Source: Candidatus Omnitrophota bacterium (GTDB taxonomy: Bacteria > Omnitrophota > Gorgyraeia > Zapsychrales > JANLHA01). From it: a stretch of DNA of 64,000 bases. The notes below the pieces were generated by a model. It made no database searches. It was not told the DNA's origin and worked only from the letters and a program-made list of their open reading frames with translations. Shown in pieces: positions 9,526-18,600 of this stretch. Where the stretch lies: positions 1,626,662 through 1,690,661 of the forward strand of contig OY759724.1 in assembly GCA_963662715.1 (NCBI GenBank), given 5' to 3'. The position numbers were made by a program, and so were the translations under genes. Numbering within the stretch: the stretch's first letter is position 1; each line of letters starts with the position of its first letter.

Positions 9526-10794
9526 ATGAAGCACATTAAGATGACAGATCCGGAAGTCTATCAGGCGATTTTTAAAGAACTGCAACGGCAACAGAACAAT
9601 TTGGAGCTTATTGCCTCAGAGAACATCGTGTCGGAAGCTGTCCTGGAGGCTCAAGGTTGTATTATGACGAATAAATACGCCGAGGGATATCCGGAACGGC
9701 GCTGGTATGGAGGCTGTGAATACGTTGATGTCGCCGAACAGTTAGCTGTCGAGCGGGCTAAGAAACTTTTCGGCGCGGAATACGTTAACGTGCAGCCTCA
9801 TTCCGGTTCTCAGGCCAATCAAGCTGTTTACAATGTCGCTGTTCAGCCGCATGATACTGTGCTCGCCCTGGATTTGGCTTGCGGAGGACATTTGACGCAC
9901 GGTCATAAACTGAATTTTTCCGGAAAGATGTTTAATATGGTGGCGTATACCGTCAATCCGGATACGGAAATGCTTGATTACGATGAGATCGCCCGCTTGG
10001 CCCGGGAGCATAAACCTAAAATGATCCTTGCCGGCGCATCCGCTTATTCCCGGTTTATCGACTTTCAGAAATTCCGCGAAATATGTGATTCCGTCGGTGC
10101 TGTTTTATTCGTTGATATGGCGCATATTGCCGGTTTAGTCGCCGCGGGTTTGCATCCTAGCCCGGTCCCTTATGCCGAATTTGTCACAACGACCACGCAT
10201 AAAACTCTCCGCGGCCCCCGCGGCGGGATGATCCTTTGCCGGTCTGAATACGGCAAAAAGATTGATATGAATGTTTTTCCGGGAATTCAGGGCGGACCTC
10301 TTATGCATGTCATCGCCGCCAAAGCCGTGGCCTTTAAGGAAGCTCTTACGGATGAATTTCAGGAATACCAAAAACAGATCCTTGCCAATGCCAAGACCCT
10401 GGCATCCTCTTTGGCAGAAAGAGGCTACCGTATCGTTGCGGGAGGCACGGACAATCATCTGTTCATGGTTGATTTGCGTTCAAAGGATGTCACCGGAAAA
10501 CAGGCTTCGGAAATACTGGATCAGGTCCATATCACGGTTAATAAAAATCTCATCCCTTACGACCCGCAAAGTCCTATGGTGACCAGCGGTATTCGAATCG
10601 GCAGCCCGGCCTTGACAACACGAGGCATGAAAGAAGCTCAAATGAAACAGGTGGCGCGATTCATGGATGAAGCGATAGAGAACAGAAATGATCAGACGGC
10701 TTTGAAGAAGGTGAGGGCTGGGGTTTCCGAATTGACCAGGGCCTTTCCCATTTACCATGATTTGCTTGCCTCGGGCGAGGAGCTTAAGGCATGA
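9526..10794 (+). CDS. glyA: Serine hydroxymethyltransferase (GlyA)
   Basis: '[31 protein letters not shown]' and PLP-lysine context '[14 protein letters not shown]'. RBS AAGGGG lies 6 nt before the ATG at 9526. Confidence 0.92.
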   Translation: MKHIKMTDPEVYQAIFKELQRQQNNLELIASENIVSEAVLEAQGCIMTNKYAEGYPERRWYGGCEYVDVAEQLAVERAKKLFGAEYVNVQPHSGSQANQAVYNVAVQPHDTVLALDLACGGHLTHGHKLNFSGKMFNMVAYTVNPDTEMLDYDEIARLAREHKPKMILAGASAYSRFIDFQKFREICDSVGAVLFVDMAHIAGLVAAGLHPSPVPYAEFVTTTTHKTLRGPRGGMILCRSEYGKKIDMNVFPGIQGGPLMHVIAAKAVAFKEALTDEFQEYQKQILANAKTLASSLAERGYRIVAGGTDNHLFMVDLRSKDVTGKQASEILDQVHITVNKNLIPYDPQSPMVTSGIRIGSPALTTRGMKEAQMKQVARFMDEAIENRNDQTALKKVRAGVSELTRAFPIYHDLLASGEELKA

Positions 10795-11267
10795 AATGCC
10801 CGGCTTGCGGACACAGAGAAACCAAGGTGGTCGATTCCCGTATCAGCGGGGACGGCTGTGCCATCCGGCGCCGCAGGGAATGCCTCAAGTGTGAAAAAAG
10901 ATTTACCACCTATGAATATATTGAGCAAACCCCTCTGATGGTGATTAAGAAGGACGGCCGGCGCCAGCCTTTTGACCGGACAAAGATTATTTCGGGACTT
11001 GTCAAAGCCTGTGAAAAAAGACCCGTCAGTGTCGATAAAATTGAGGAATTGACGCTGGATGTGGAGCGTGCGATTCAAAAAAAATACGACCGGGAAGTGC
11101 AGTCCAGTGAAATAGGGGAAATCATTATGGAGAAACTGGCGGCTTTGGATCAGGTCGCCTATGTCAGATTTGCTTCTGTCTATAGACAATTCCGGGATGT
11201 GAATCATTTTATGACTGAAATTAAATATATTTTAGAGAAGGATAAGGTTCCGGTGCGAAGGAAGTGA
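10791..11267 (+). CDS. nrdR: Transcriptional repressor NrdR
   Basis: Zinc ribbon '[40 protein letters not shown]' followed by an ATP-cone. Confidence 0.9.
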   Translation: MKCPACGHRETKVVDSRISGDGCAIRRRRECLKCEKRFTTYEYIEQTPLMVIKKDGRRQPFDRTKIISGLVKACEKRPVSVDKIEELTLDVERAIQKKYDREVQSSEIGEIIMEKLAALDQVAYVRFASVYRQFRDVNHFMTEIKYILEKDKVPVRRK

Positions 11268-11301
11268 CTTGATTGCAAACAAATAATGAAGGAAGGTTTT
11301 T

Positions 11302-11709
11302 ATGGTTCAGGTGGAGTTAACAAAAATTATTATTGATGAGCGGAGACAGGACCAGATCATTGTCTTGAAGGAAAAAGAAGGCGACCGCCAATTCCCGATC
11401 GTGATTGGTTTCATGGAAGCCTCGACAATAAAAATGAAATTATCCGGAGTGGAAGTCCCCCGGCCCATGACGCATGATCTTCTGCTGTCCACTATCCAGG
11501 GGCTAGAGGCTAAAATGGAAAGGCTTGTTATTGACAAGCTGGTTGATAACACTTTTCATGCCAAGCTGATTTTGTTGGCCAAAGACCAGGACAGAAAAAT
11601 TGTTGATGCCCGCCCGTCGGACGGCATCGCTTTGGCTGTCCGGGCGCATGCTCCCATTTTTGTTGAGGAAGCCGTCCTGCAAAAGGCGTCGATATTTAAA
11701 GTGGACTGA
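11302..11709 (+). CDS. Bifunctional nuclease (BFN/DUF151) family protein
   Basis: 135 aa, 'DQIIVLKEKEGDRQFPIVIGFMEA' and 'HDLLLSTIQGLE' are consistent with PF02577. Confidence 0.6.
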   Translation: MVQVELTKIIIDERRQDQIIVLKEKEGDRQFPIVIGFMEASTIKMKLSGVEVPRPMTHDLLLSTIQGLEAKMERLVIDKLVDNTFHAKLILLAKDQDRKIVDARPSDGIALAVRAHAPIFVEEAVLQKASIFKVD

Positions 11710-11765
11710 TCCCCGTCCTGTGCGGGGACATATCGGTTAACGACAAACCGTATCTTCTCTATTTT

Positions 11766-13190
11766 ATGACTTTCCTGGAACAATATCCGCACATGAAAAT
11801 CATCCGAGCTTTGGCCCGAAGACGAAAACAGGACGTTTTTTTGGTCGGAGGTTTTTTGCGCGATTTTATGCTTGGACGGGATTGTCATGATTTTGATTTT
11901 GCCGTTTCAGGACAGGCCATCCCCCTGGCCCGGACCTTTGCCCAAAAAATCAAGGGCGCTTTTGTTTTGTTGGCTCAGGAGCATCATTGCGCCAGAGTGG
12001 CCAAGAAGGAAAAAGGGCGTATTTTGACTTTTGATTTTGCCGGTTACCGCGCTCCGACATTGCGGCAGGACCTGCAGCACAGGGATTTTACGGTGAACAC
12101 TTTAACCGTTCATCTGAACGAATGTGATGATCAGACTGTTCTGCCGAAAGCAGTCGTCGGAACCCGAAAGGCTTTGTCGGATATCCGCGCCCGGAGGATC
12201 AGGATGACGTCCGTTAAGGTTTTCGAGGAGGACCCGTTGCGGATTTTAAGGGCCTTCAGCCTTAAAGCTTCCCTGCCGTTTGAAATAGAGCCGTTAACCC
12301 GCCGTCAGATCAAGAAGGATAGGGCCCTGCTTTCCCGTGTTTCTGCGGAAAGAATCCGGGACGAATTGTTCAAAATATTGGAAACGGAGCGCGCCGCCCG
12401 TTGTCTTAAGGAACTGGACCGGATAAAAGTCCTGGATCTGATTATCCCGCAGATCCGGATTATGGATCAGGTGAAACAAGGCACTTATCATCATCTTGAT
12501 GTCTGGCCGCATTCCCTGGAGACTGTTGTTCAGCTGGAGAAGCTTTTCCGAAAAATTATAAAGATTCCCGGTATGACAGATTATTTGATGGAACCTTTGG
12601 GCGGGCATCGGACCCGGTGGGCGCTTATGAAACTGGGAGCGTTGCTTCATGACATCGGCAAGCCGGAAGCGAAGAGAAAGCAGGATCAGCGGACGTTGTT
12701 TCACGGCCATGAGCGGATCGGAAAAGATATGGTGAATGTCATTGCCCGGATGCTAAAATTATCCACAAAAGAAAGGTTCCGGTTGATGGATATGGTCCTG
12801 TGGCATTTGCGTCCGGGTTATCTGTCTAATTTAAAGAACCCTAGCGCTAAAGCCCTTTTTCGGTATTTTCGTGATACGAAGGAAGAAGCTGTCAGCATTG
12901 CGCTCATTGCCATGGCTGACCAGAAGGCGACCCGCGGCCCGCTTACAACCGAAGAAGACCAAAAACATCATGAGGCGATTTGCTGGCGGCTTATTCATAA
13001 TTATTTTGAACAGAAAAAACAGGTCCCTTGCGCCCGGCTTATTTCGGGACACGACCTCATCCGGGAACTGCAGCTGTCTCCTTCGCCGCTTTTTGCTGTG
13101 ATTTTACAAAGGGTGGAAGAACAGCAGGCTTTAGGGAAGCTTAAATCAAGGCGGGAAGCTTTGGCCCTGGCCCGAAGAATGGCAGCATGA
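11766..13190 (+). CDS. cca: CCA-adding enzyme / poly(A) polymerase family tRNA nucleotidyltransferase with HD domain
   Basis: '[24 protein letters not shown]' is the nucleotidyltransferase head. The HD motif is 'LLHDIGKP'. An alternative start is at 11793. Confidence 0.85.
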   Translation: MTFLEQYPHMKIIRALARRRKQDVFLVGGFLRDFMLGRDCHDFDFAVSGQAIPLARTFAQKIKGAFVLLAQEHHCARVAKKEKGRILTFDFAGYRAPTLRQDLQHRDFTVNTLTVHLNECDDQTVLPKAVVGTRKALSDIRARRIRMTSVKVFEEDPLRILRAFSLKASLPFEIEPLTRRQIKKDRALLSRVSAERIRDELFKILETERAARCLKELDRIKVLDLIIPQIRIMDQVKQGTYHHLDVWPHSLETVVQLEKLFRKIIKIPGMTDYLMEPLGGHRTRWALMKLGALLHDIGKPEAKRKQDQRTLFHGHERIGKDMVNVIARMLKLSTKERFRLMDMVLWHLRPGYLSNLKNPSAKALFRYFRDTKEEAVSIALIAMADQKATRGPLTTEEDQKHHEAICWRLIHNYFEQKKQVPCARLISGHDLIRELQLSPSPLFAVILQRVEEQQALGKLKSRREALALARRMAA

Positions 13191-13191
13191 T

Positions 13192-14169
13192 GTGCATTTT
13201 CACAAAAGGACAGGATCATTCATGAAAATCAAAGATACCCAGTTAGATATTATTCAAGGGGATATTACGGATCTCAATATCGGTGCCGTCGTTAACCCTT
13301 GCGGGCCTGACAGGGCCTTGGCGTCTCCCTTGGCGGGTCTTGTCCTGAAAAAAGATCCTTGCCGGAGAGAGGGGGGGGCTGCCCCCTCCCAGGTTTTGCC
13401 TGCCGGGGCAGTGATGTGCTTTCAAAATCAAGGACCGCAAATCCGTTACATTATCCATGCCGTAAAGGTCGATGATGAGGGGAAGACCGGAGAAAGGGTG
13501 TTGCGGCAAGTTTGCCGCAACGTGTTTCGATGTGTCCGGGAATTGGACGTTGATTCCTTGGCCTTTCTTCCTCTTGTGGAAAATCCGGAAGAGTTCCCTG
13601 TCTTAGGTGCCGCTAAAATTATGGCCCAGGAAATTTTAAAAGCTGTGCGTTATGAAAGCACCCTATTGCGGAAAATCGTGATTTGTCTGCCTGAGGCTGC
13701 GCTTTATGATGTTTATGTGAAGGAACTGACGAGTTATATGAATCATATCCTTTGTGATTTGGGGGCAGGCCCCTATGTGACCGTTGATATCATCATTGAA
13801 GTGCCGGAGGGCATTGTTGTCATAGAACGCTCCAATCCCCCTTATGGGTTGGCCTTGCCCGGAGGTTTTGTTGATCCGGGAGAGTCCCTTGAGCAGGCGG
13901 CATATCGTGAAGCTAAAGAGGAAACAGATTTGGACCTGGTTGATTTAAGGCAGTTTCATACTTATTCTGCTCCTCAGCGGGATCCGCGATTTCATACCGT
14001 CAGCACCGTTTTTGTAGCCCGGGGAGAAGGGGTCCCGCATTTCGGGGACGATGCCAAAGGGCTGCGGGTCATCCCGAGAGAAGAAATCCTCAAGTGTGAC
14101 TTTGCCTTTGATCATGGCATCATCCTTCGGGATTATTTGTCTGGAAGAAAACGGCAGAAAGGTTATTGA
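13192..14169 (+). CDS. Macro domain - NUDIX hydrolase fusion protein (putative ADP-ribose processing)
   Basis: N-terminus '[21 protein letters not shown]' is macro-domain-like. C-terminus '[30 protein letters not shown]' is a Nudix box. An alternative ATG is at 13222. Confidence 0.75.
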   Translation: MHFHKRTGSFMKIKDTQLDIIQGDITDLNIGAVVNPCGPDRALASPLAGLVLKKDPCRREGGAAPSQVLPAGAVMCFQNQGPQIRYIIHAVKVDDEGKTGERVLRQVCRNVFRCVRELDVDSLAFLPLVENPEEFPVLGAAKIMAQEILKAVRYESTLLRKIVICLPEAALYDVYVKELTSYMNHILCDLGAGPYVTVDIIIEVPEGIVVIERSNPPYGLALPGGFVDPGESLEQAAYREAKEETDLDLVDLRQFHTYSAPQRDPRFHTVSTVFVARGEGVPHFGDDAKGLRVIPREEILKCDFAFDHGIILRDYLSGRKRQKGY

Positions 14170-14171
14170 TT

Positions 14172-14282
14172 ATGGGAGAACAAAGCGCCCCCGGATTATC
14201 GAATGCGGTAGGAGGGCTTATCACCGTTGCGATTGTCGTGATTTTGTATGTTCTGATCCGCATTCTTCAGAAGAAGACCTGA
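14172..14282 (+). CDS. Possible 36-aa single-TM peptide (MGEQSAPGLSNAVGGLITVAIVVILYVLIRILQKKT)
   Basis: The ATG lies 3 nt after the Macro-Nudix stop. It has a hydrophobic helix and is followed by the hairpin at 14289-14317. It is below the ORF-track length cutoff, so this is my own translation. Confidence 0.3.
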   Translation: MGEQSAPGLSNAVGGLITVAIVVILYVLIRILQKKT

Positions 14283-14288
14283 CGGAAA

Positions 14289-14317
14289 ACAGTGAAGTTC
14301 TGCTTCACTGTCTTTCT
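14289..14317 (+). terminator. Hairpin ACAGTGAAG-ttctg-CTTCACTGT followed by CTTTCT
   Basis: Perfect 9-bp stem with a 5-nt loop, read directly. The downstream T-tract is short. Confidence 0.4.
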
Positions 14318-14524
14318 GCCGGTTCCTCCCTGGCCTCGTTTTTATTTTAAGGAAGGACACTGCTTTATCCTGCCAGAATATCCCGTGAAAATATTGAATA
14401 AAAACTAGCGTAAGGCCCACCTGAGGTTATAATTATTTTGAGTCGTTTATAGTGCTGGAGTTTATGTCTCATTTTTGTTTTGGCGGCAACTCCGCGGCAG
14501 AATGTCGCGCCCGTTTAGTGCGTG

Positions 14525-14573
14525 CCGGAGAAACGAGAAAGCGCTTTCTTGTTGCTCCGGGAGGCATTCTTTT
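14525..14573 (+). terminator. Long near-palindromic hairpin (CCGGAG...AGAAAGCGCTTTCT...CTCCGG) followed by a TTCTTTT tract
   Basis: An outer 6-bp stem plus the inner palindrome AGAAAGC|GCTTTCT gives ~17 bp in total. A U-tract lies 7 nt downstream. Confidence 0.4.
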
Positions 14574-14754
14574 GGAAAAAAGAGGGTATGGTTCCTTGCA
14601 GCTTTAAGTTTCTCGTCGATGCGTGTCAAGGAAGCGGGAAGAGAAGGCGTTTGAAAGATGGAATAAGGTAAGAAAAGTATTGTATACTTTTTATAGTAGG
14701 GCCTGACCACGATTTAATTATCGGGAACAAACTAACCGAGCAGGTAGGAGAATA

Positions 14755-15618
14755 ATGATGAAACACAAAAGAAAACTGTTTGCTGTTTTTGCGGGGGCCG
14801 TTTGTTGTCTGTTTCTTGCGGGCATGGTCTATGCCGGAACATTAACTTTAACGACATATTATCCCGCTCCTTTTGGTTCTTATTCCCAGGTGCGATTAGT
14901 GCCGCGGGCCGCCATATCAGGAGCCTGTGATGTGGGGAGTATGTACGTTGATGAAACAAACGGGTTATTAATGTATTGCCGTGATGATTCGACCTATGGC
15001 CTGTTGCCGACAGCCTGGACGCAGGACAGCAATTCTGTTTTCTTAACAGATGTGGCCAATTACAGCACTTTAAAAGTCGGGATCGGGACCATAAACCCTG
15101 ACAGCCAGCTGCAGATCGAATCCCAGGGAAGCGGCGCCACGTTTAAAGTCGATCAGATGGGAGGGAGCGCTTTTACCGTAAACAGCCAGTTAAGCAACTC
15201 GGTGATAGGAACGGAGGGGAACACGTCCCTGGAATTGAAGACAAATGGCACGTCCCGCATATACATTACATCAGCAGGCAAGGTGGGTATCAATTCCGCC
15301 AGCCCGACGCATGATTTGGAAATTAACGGGGATGTGGAAATTTCCGTTGAGGCCGGGGAGGACAGCCAGGTTACTTTTTCAAGGGGTACGACCTTTGTGA
15401 CGATGGGGCTCGATGCCGCAGATAATTATTTTAAGATAAATTACGGGTCCTCTTTGGGAGCCACGACAGAGCTGACATTGCTCCCGAGCGGTAAATTGCG
15501 CATTAACGGACCTATTGAAGTCAAACTCGGAAGTGATCCTGTTGGAGAAATAAAATTACGATATATTGATACGGGCGATCCCAACACATCGGGATATTAT
15601 GCCATGTACGCCCCTTAA
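14755..15618 (+). CDS. Secreted hypothetical protein, Gly/Ser/Thr-rich beta-type, with a single Cys pair
   Basis: Signal peptide 'MMKHKRKLFAVFAGAVCCLFLAGMVYA', then 'GTLTLTTYYPAPFGSY'. Strand-like G/S/T/N-rich composition. I recognise no family. Confidence 0.7.
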   Translation: MMKHKRKLFAVFAGAVCCLFLAGMVYAGTLTLTTYYPAPFGSYSQVRLVPRAAISGACDVGSMYVDETNGLLMYCRDDSTYGLLPTAWTQDSNSVFLTDVANYSTLKVGIGTINPDSQLQIESQGSGATFKVDQMGGSAFTVNSQLSNSVIGTEGNTSLELKTNGTSRIYITSAGKVGINSASPTHDLEINGDVEISVEAGEDSQVTFSRGTTFVTMGLDAADNYFKINYGSSLGATTELTLLPSGKLRINGPIEVKLGSDPVGEIKLRYIDTGDPNTSGYYAMYAP

Positions 15619-15649
15619 TCAACACGTTTAACAGGGAGATGAGAGAGAT

Positions 15650-18600
15650 ATGCTAAGTTACAGAAAGATTTGGCGTTTTTGCGCGATGGTTGTCTGTACG
15701 GTGTTTTTGGTCCTTCTGTCTGAATACGGCGCGTTTTCTCAAACTTGGACAGATGATGATCTGGCGACCGCCCAAAGACCGGTCAAGCCTATTCATATCC
15801 GGGAAATGCGGCGGGCTATTTATAACAAACGCATGCTCTGCGGGATGTCTTCTCCGACATGGCAGGAACCCAATATCATTGAAAAAGTGACGCCTATCCG
15901 GGCTCAGCATGTTGAAGAATTGCGGCAGGCGATCAGAGATGTTTATGACATGCCGCCGTCCCGTACTCTCCCTGACGGTGTGATATTGGCGACGGATGTC
16001 CCGGAGGAATCAGCTATCAGGGCCGATCATATTTTTGAAATAAGACTCTCTATCGAAGAGGTCAGTTGCTGCGGGGACGGGGAATGCAACCCGCCGTTTG
16101 AAGACCTGGATAACTGCCCGGTGGATTGCGGGGCCTGCACCTATAGCGACTGGGTGATTTTGGGTTGTGGCGTGTCTCCTTGCGATGGCAATGAAATTCA
16201 GCGCAAAAAAACGGCTCCGGAAGACGGCTGTCAGGATCTGATCGAATGTATTGCGGCTTATGACACATGCTGCAACTACGGGGCGTGGGAAGATTATGAC
16301 TGCGGCGGAGGCGAATGCGACCCGACAGCGATGAGGCAGATTCAGCAATCAGCCACCAGTGTGGCGGGCTGCGAGGACCGTTACCGCTGCCTGGAGCTTG
16401 AATCCTGCTGTGATTATGCGGGTTTTGTCTGGCAGTGCGGCTATGATATCCTTTATCCGGATACACAATGGCTGGAGGTTAACATCCCTGATAATTCCGC
16501 GTGTGAGCCAGAGTTCGGGACGATTTATGAAGCGGATGATCCCATATCAAAAGCAAACTGCTGCGATTACGGGGCGCAAAGCAGCAGCTGCGGCGGGGAA
16601 GTCGAAGGCGTGACCTATCCCGACTCCACCCTTATAACGCAACGCGCGGCGGGCAATCCCAATTGTGAAGATGATATCACCATCACTCCCAATGCCGATG
16701 ATTGTTGTGACTACGGACCGATTGAGACGCCTCCCAGCTGTGGGGCGACATTAAGGGTGGATGGAGTCATGACGACGTTCCCTGACACGACGTTCCTGCA
16801 GTTCCGGACACCGACAAATCCTAACTGTGATCATAAAATTGTCCAGGAACTCGCTATTGAAGAGGATCCGACAAAATACTGCTGTCAATACAGCGGTTTT
16901 CAGGGAGATTGCGGTTATGATCCCGTATACCCGGATACGGACTGGATCGAATATAATATCGCGGGAGTTGTCGACGTATCCTGTCCTGTGGAATACAGAA
17001 ATCATCTGCCGAATGCCGACAGCTGCTGCTGTTACGAATCGACCTCTATATGCGGAGACGGGGTCACCTACCCCACGTCCAGCATGATCACGTCGAAAAC
17101 TCCGACGTGTAATCCTTCCTGCTCGACCGAGGTAACAGAGGATACTTTTAATGAAGCCTGTTGCGGTTACGGGCCTTGGCAGTATGATCAGTGCGGATAT
17201 GCCGGATATTATGACGATACTTATCTGGTGGATTACCGTTCTCCGACCAATCCTCTGTGTGATCCTATCTTCGGTGATGTCTGCGGCCCGAATCATGAAG
17301 ACTGTTGCGGTTACCCGGAAAAAGATGTTGTCTGCGGAGGAACCTGGGAAGGGGTGGTTTATCCGGAGACCACCTGTATTTATGATGCCGCTAAACCGGC
17401 CAACCCGAATTGCCCGGATAAATGCGGTTCTATTGAAGAGATGTGCGATTATTGCTGTGATTATGAAATTACGAGTTCCCACTGCGGGGACGGGGTGACG
17501 ATCCCGGTCACCACTCAGGTTGTCACCAGGACGCCCAATAACCCGAACTGTGACGTGATCGTGGACGAACAGATCCCGGATGGCTGTTGCGGTTATCCGG
17601 CAGGGTCGAGCCGGATTTGCGGATACGACGGGCGCCCGGCAACGACATCCGTTGAAGTCATGGAACCGACCCAGGACTTTGATGATTGCGAAACGATTAT
17701 ACAGAATGAAATAGAGAACGATCCGTTCTGTTGTGATTATGCCGGGTTCCAGGCCTCGCAATGCGGGTATTCGGGGTGGTATGAGGCGCACACCCGGTTA
17801 GAGGTGAATGAGCCTAACAACGCCATAACAGGCTGTGATCCTCTGTTTCAGAACGTTGTTCCCTATGAGTATGAGTGCTGTGAATACGGGACCGCAACGT
17901 CGACCTGCGGGGACGGGGTAAGTTATCCGACGAGTTCCTGGGTGACGACGCAAACATCCGCCGCGGGGTGCGATGCTATCGAGGGAGAGGAGACGAATCA
18001 TCAAAACTGCTGCAATTATCCGGCCTCCCCGACCACGGAATGCGGGGCCTTGGGATATCCCGAGACTTATTTGGTTTCGTACCTGGAATCATCAACGAAT
18101 CCGACGTGTGAAATTCAGATTATCGGAACACCGGCTTATGACGAAGTGTGTTGCCAGTACGGATCTTTGCAGCAGGGGTGCGGGGACGGGGTCCAGTTCC
18201 CGTTGACAGACTATGTCAGCTGGCATGAGCCGGGGCTCGTGCACGTTGATTGCCCGGTTAAAGTTATCAGCCAGATCGAAAATGACGACACGTGTTGTGG
18301 GTATCCGGCGGAGTATACAGCCGTTTGTGGATATTCAGCCTTAGGCTATCCGGAAACAACATTAGTGGAGATTAAAGAGCCGACGCTGGCGGAATGTCCG
18401 GTGAAATCACGGAATCCGGTCCCTTATGACGACACATGCTGTGAATATACGACAAATTATTATTGCGGGTATCCGTCTCCTTTGGACATCCCGGACACCA
18501 ATTATGTTGAAGTGAAAGAACCGGGAGGAGGAAAAAGTTGCCCGGTAGAGGCTGTGAATGAAACAGCGTATGCTGAAATATGCTGCGGATACACGACCGG

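Noticed and set aside
14380-14440. Sigma-70 promoter for the candidate sRNA (TTGAAT ... TATAAT)
   Set aside because: The spacing between the TTGAAT and TATAAT hexamers is ~28 nt, far from the 16-18 nt optimum. No convincing -35 partners the TATAAT at ~14427.
14715-14754. ECF-type promoter (GGGAAC...N17) in front of the secreted-protein gene
   Set aside because: The AAC motif lies only ~28 nt before the ATG. This would leave essentially no 5' UTR, and the downstream 'AGGAG' is better explained as the ribosome-binding site.
16751-17791. 346-aa minus-strand ORF (plus several 100-140-aa ones) inside the Cys-rich giant gene
   Set aside because: It is antisense to a highly repetitive Cys-codon-rich (TGC/TGT → GCA/ACA) gene. 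It is Arg/Ile/Thr-rich and low-complexity, with no start context or motifs. It is an artefact of the repeat composition.
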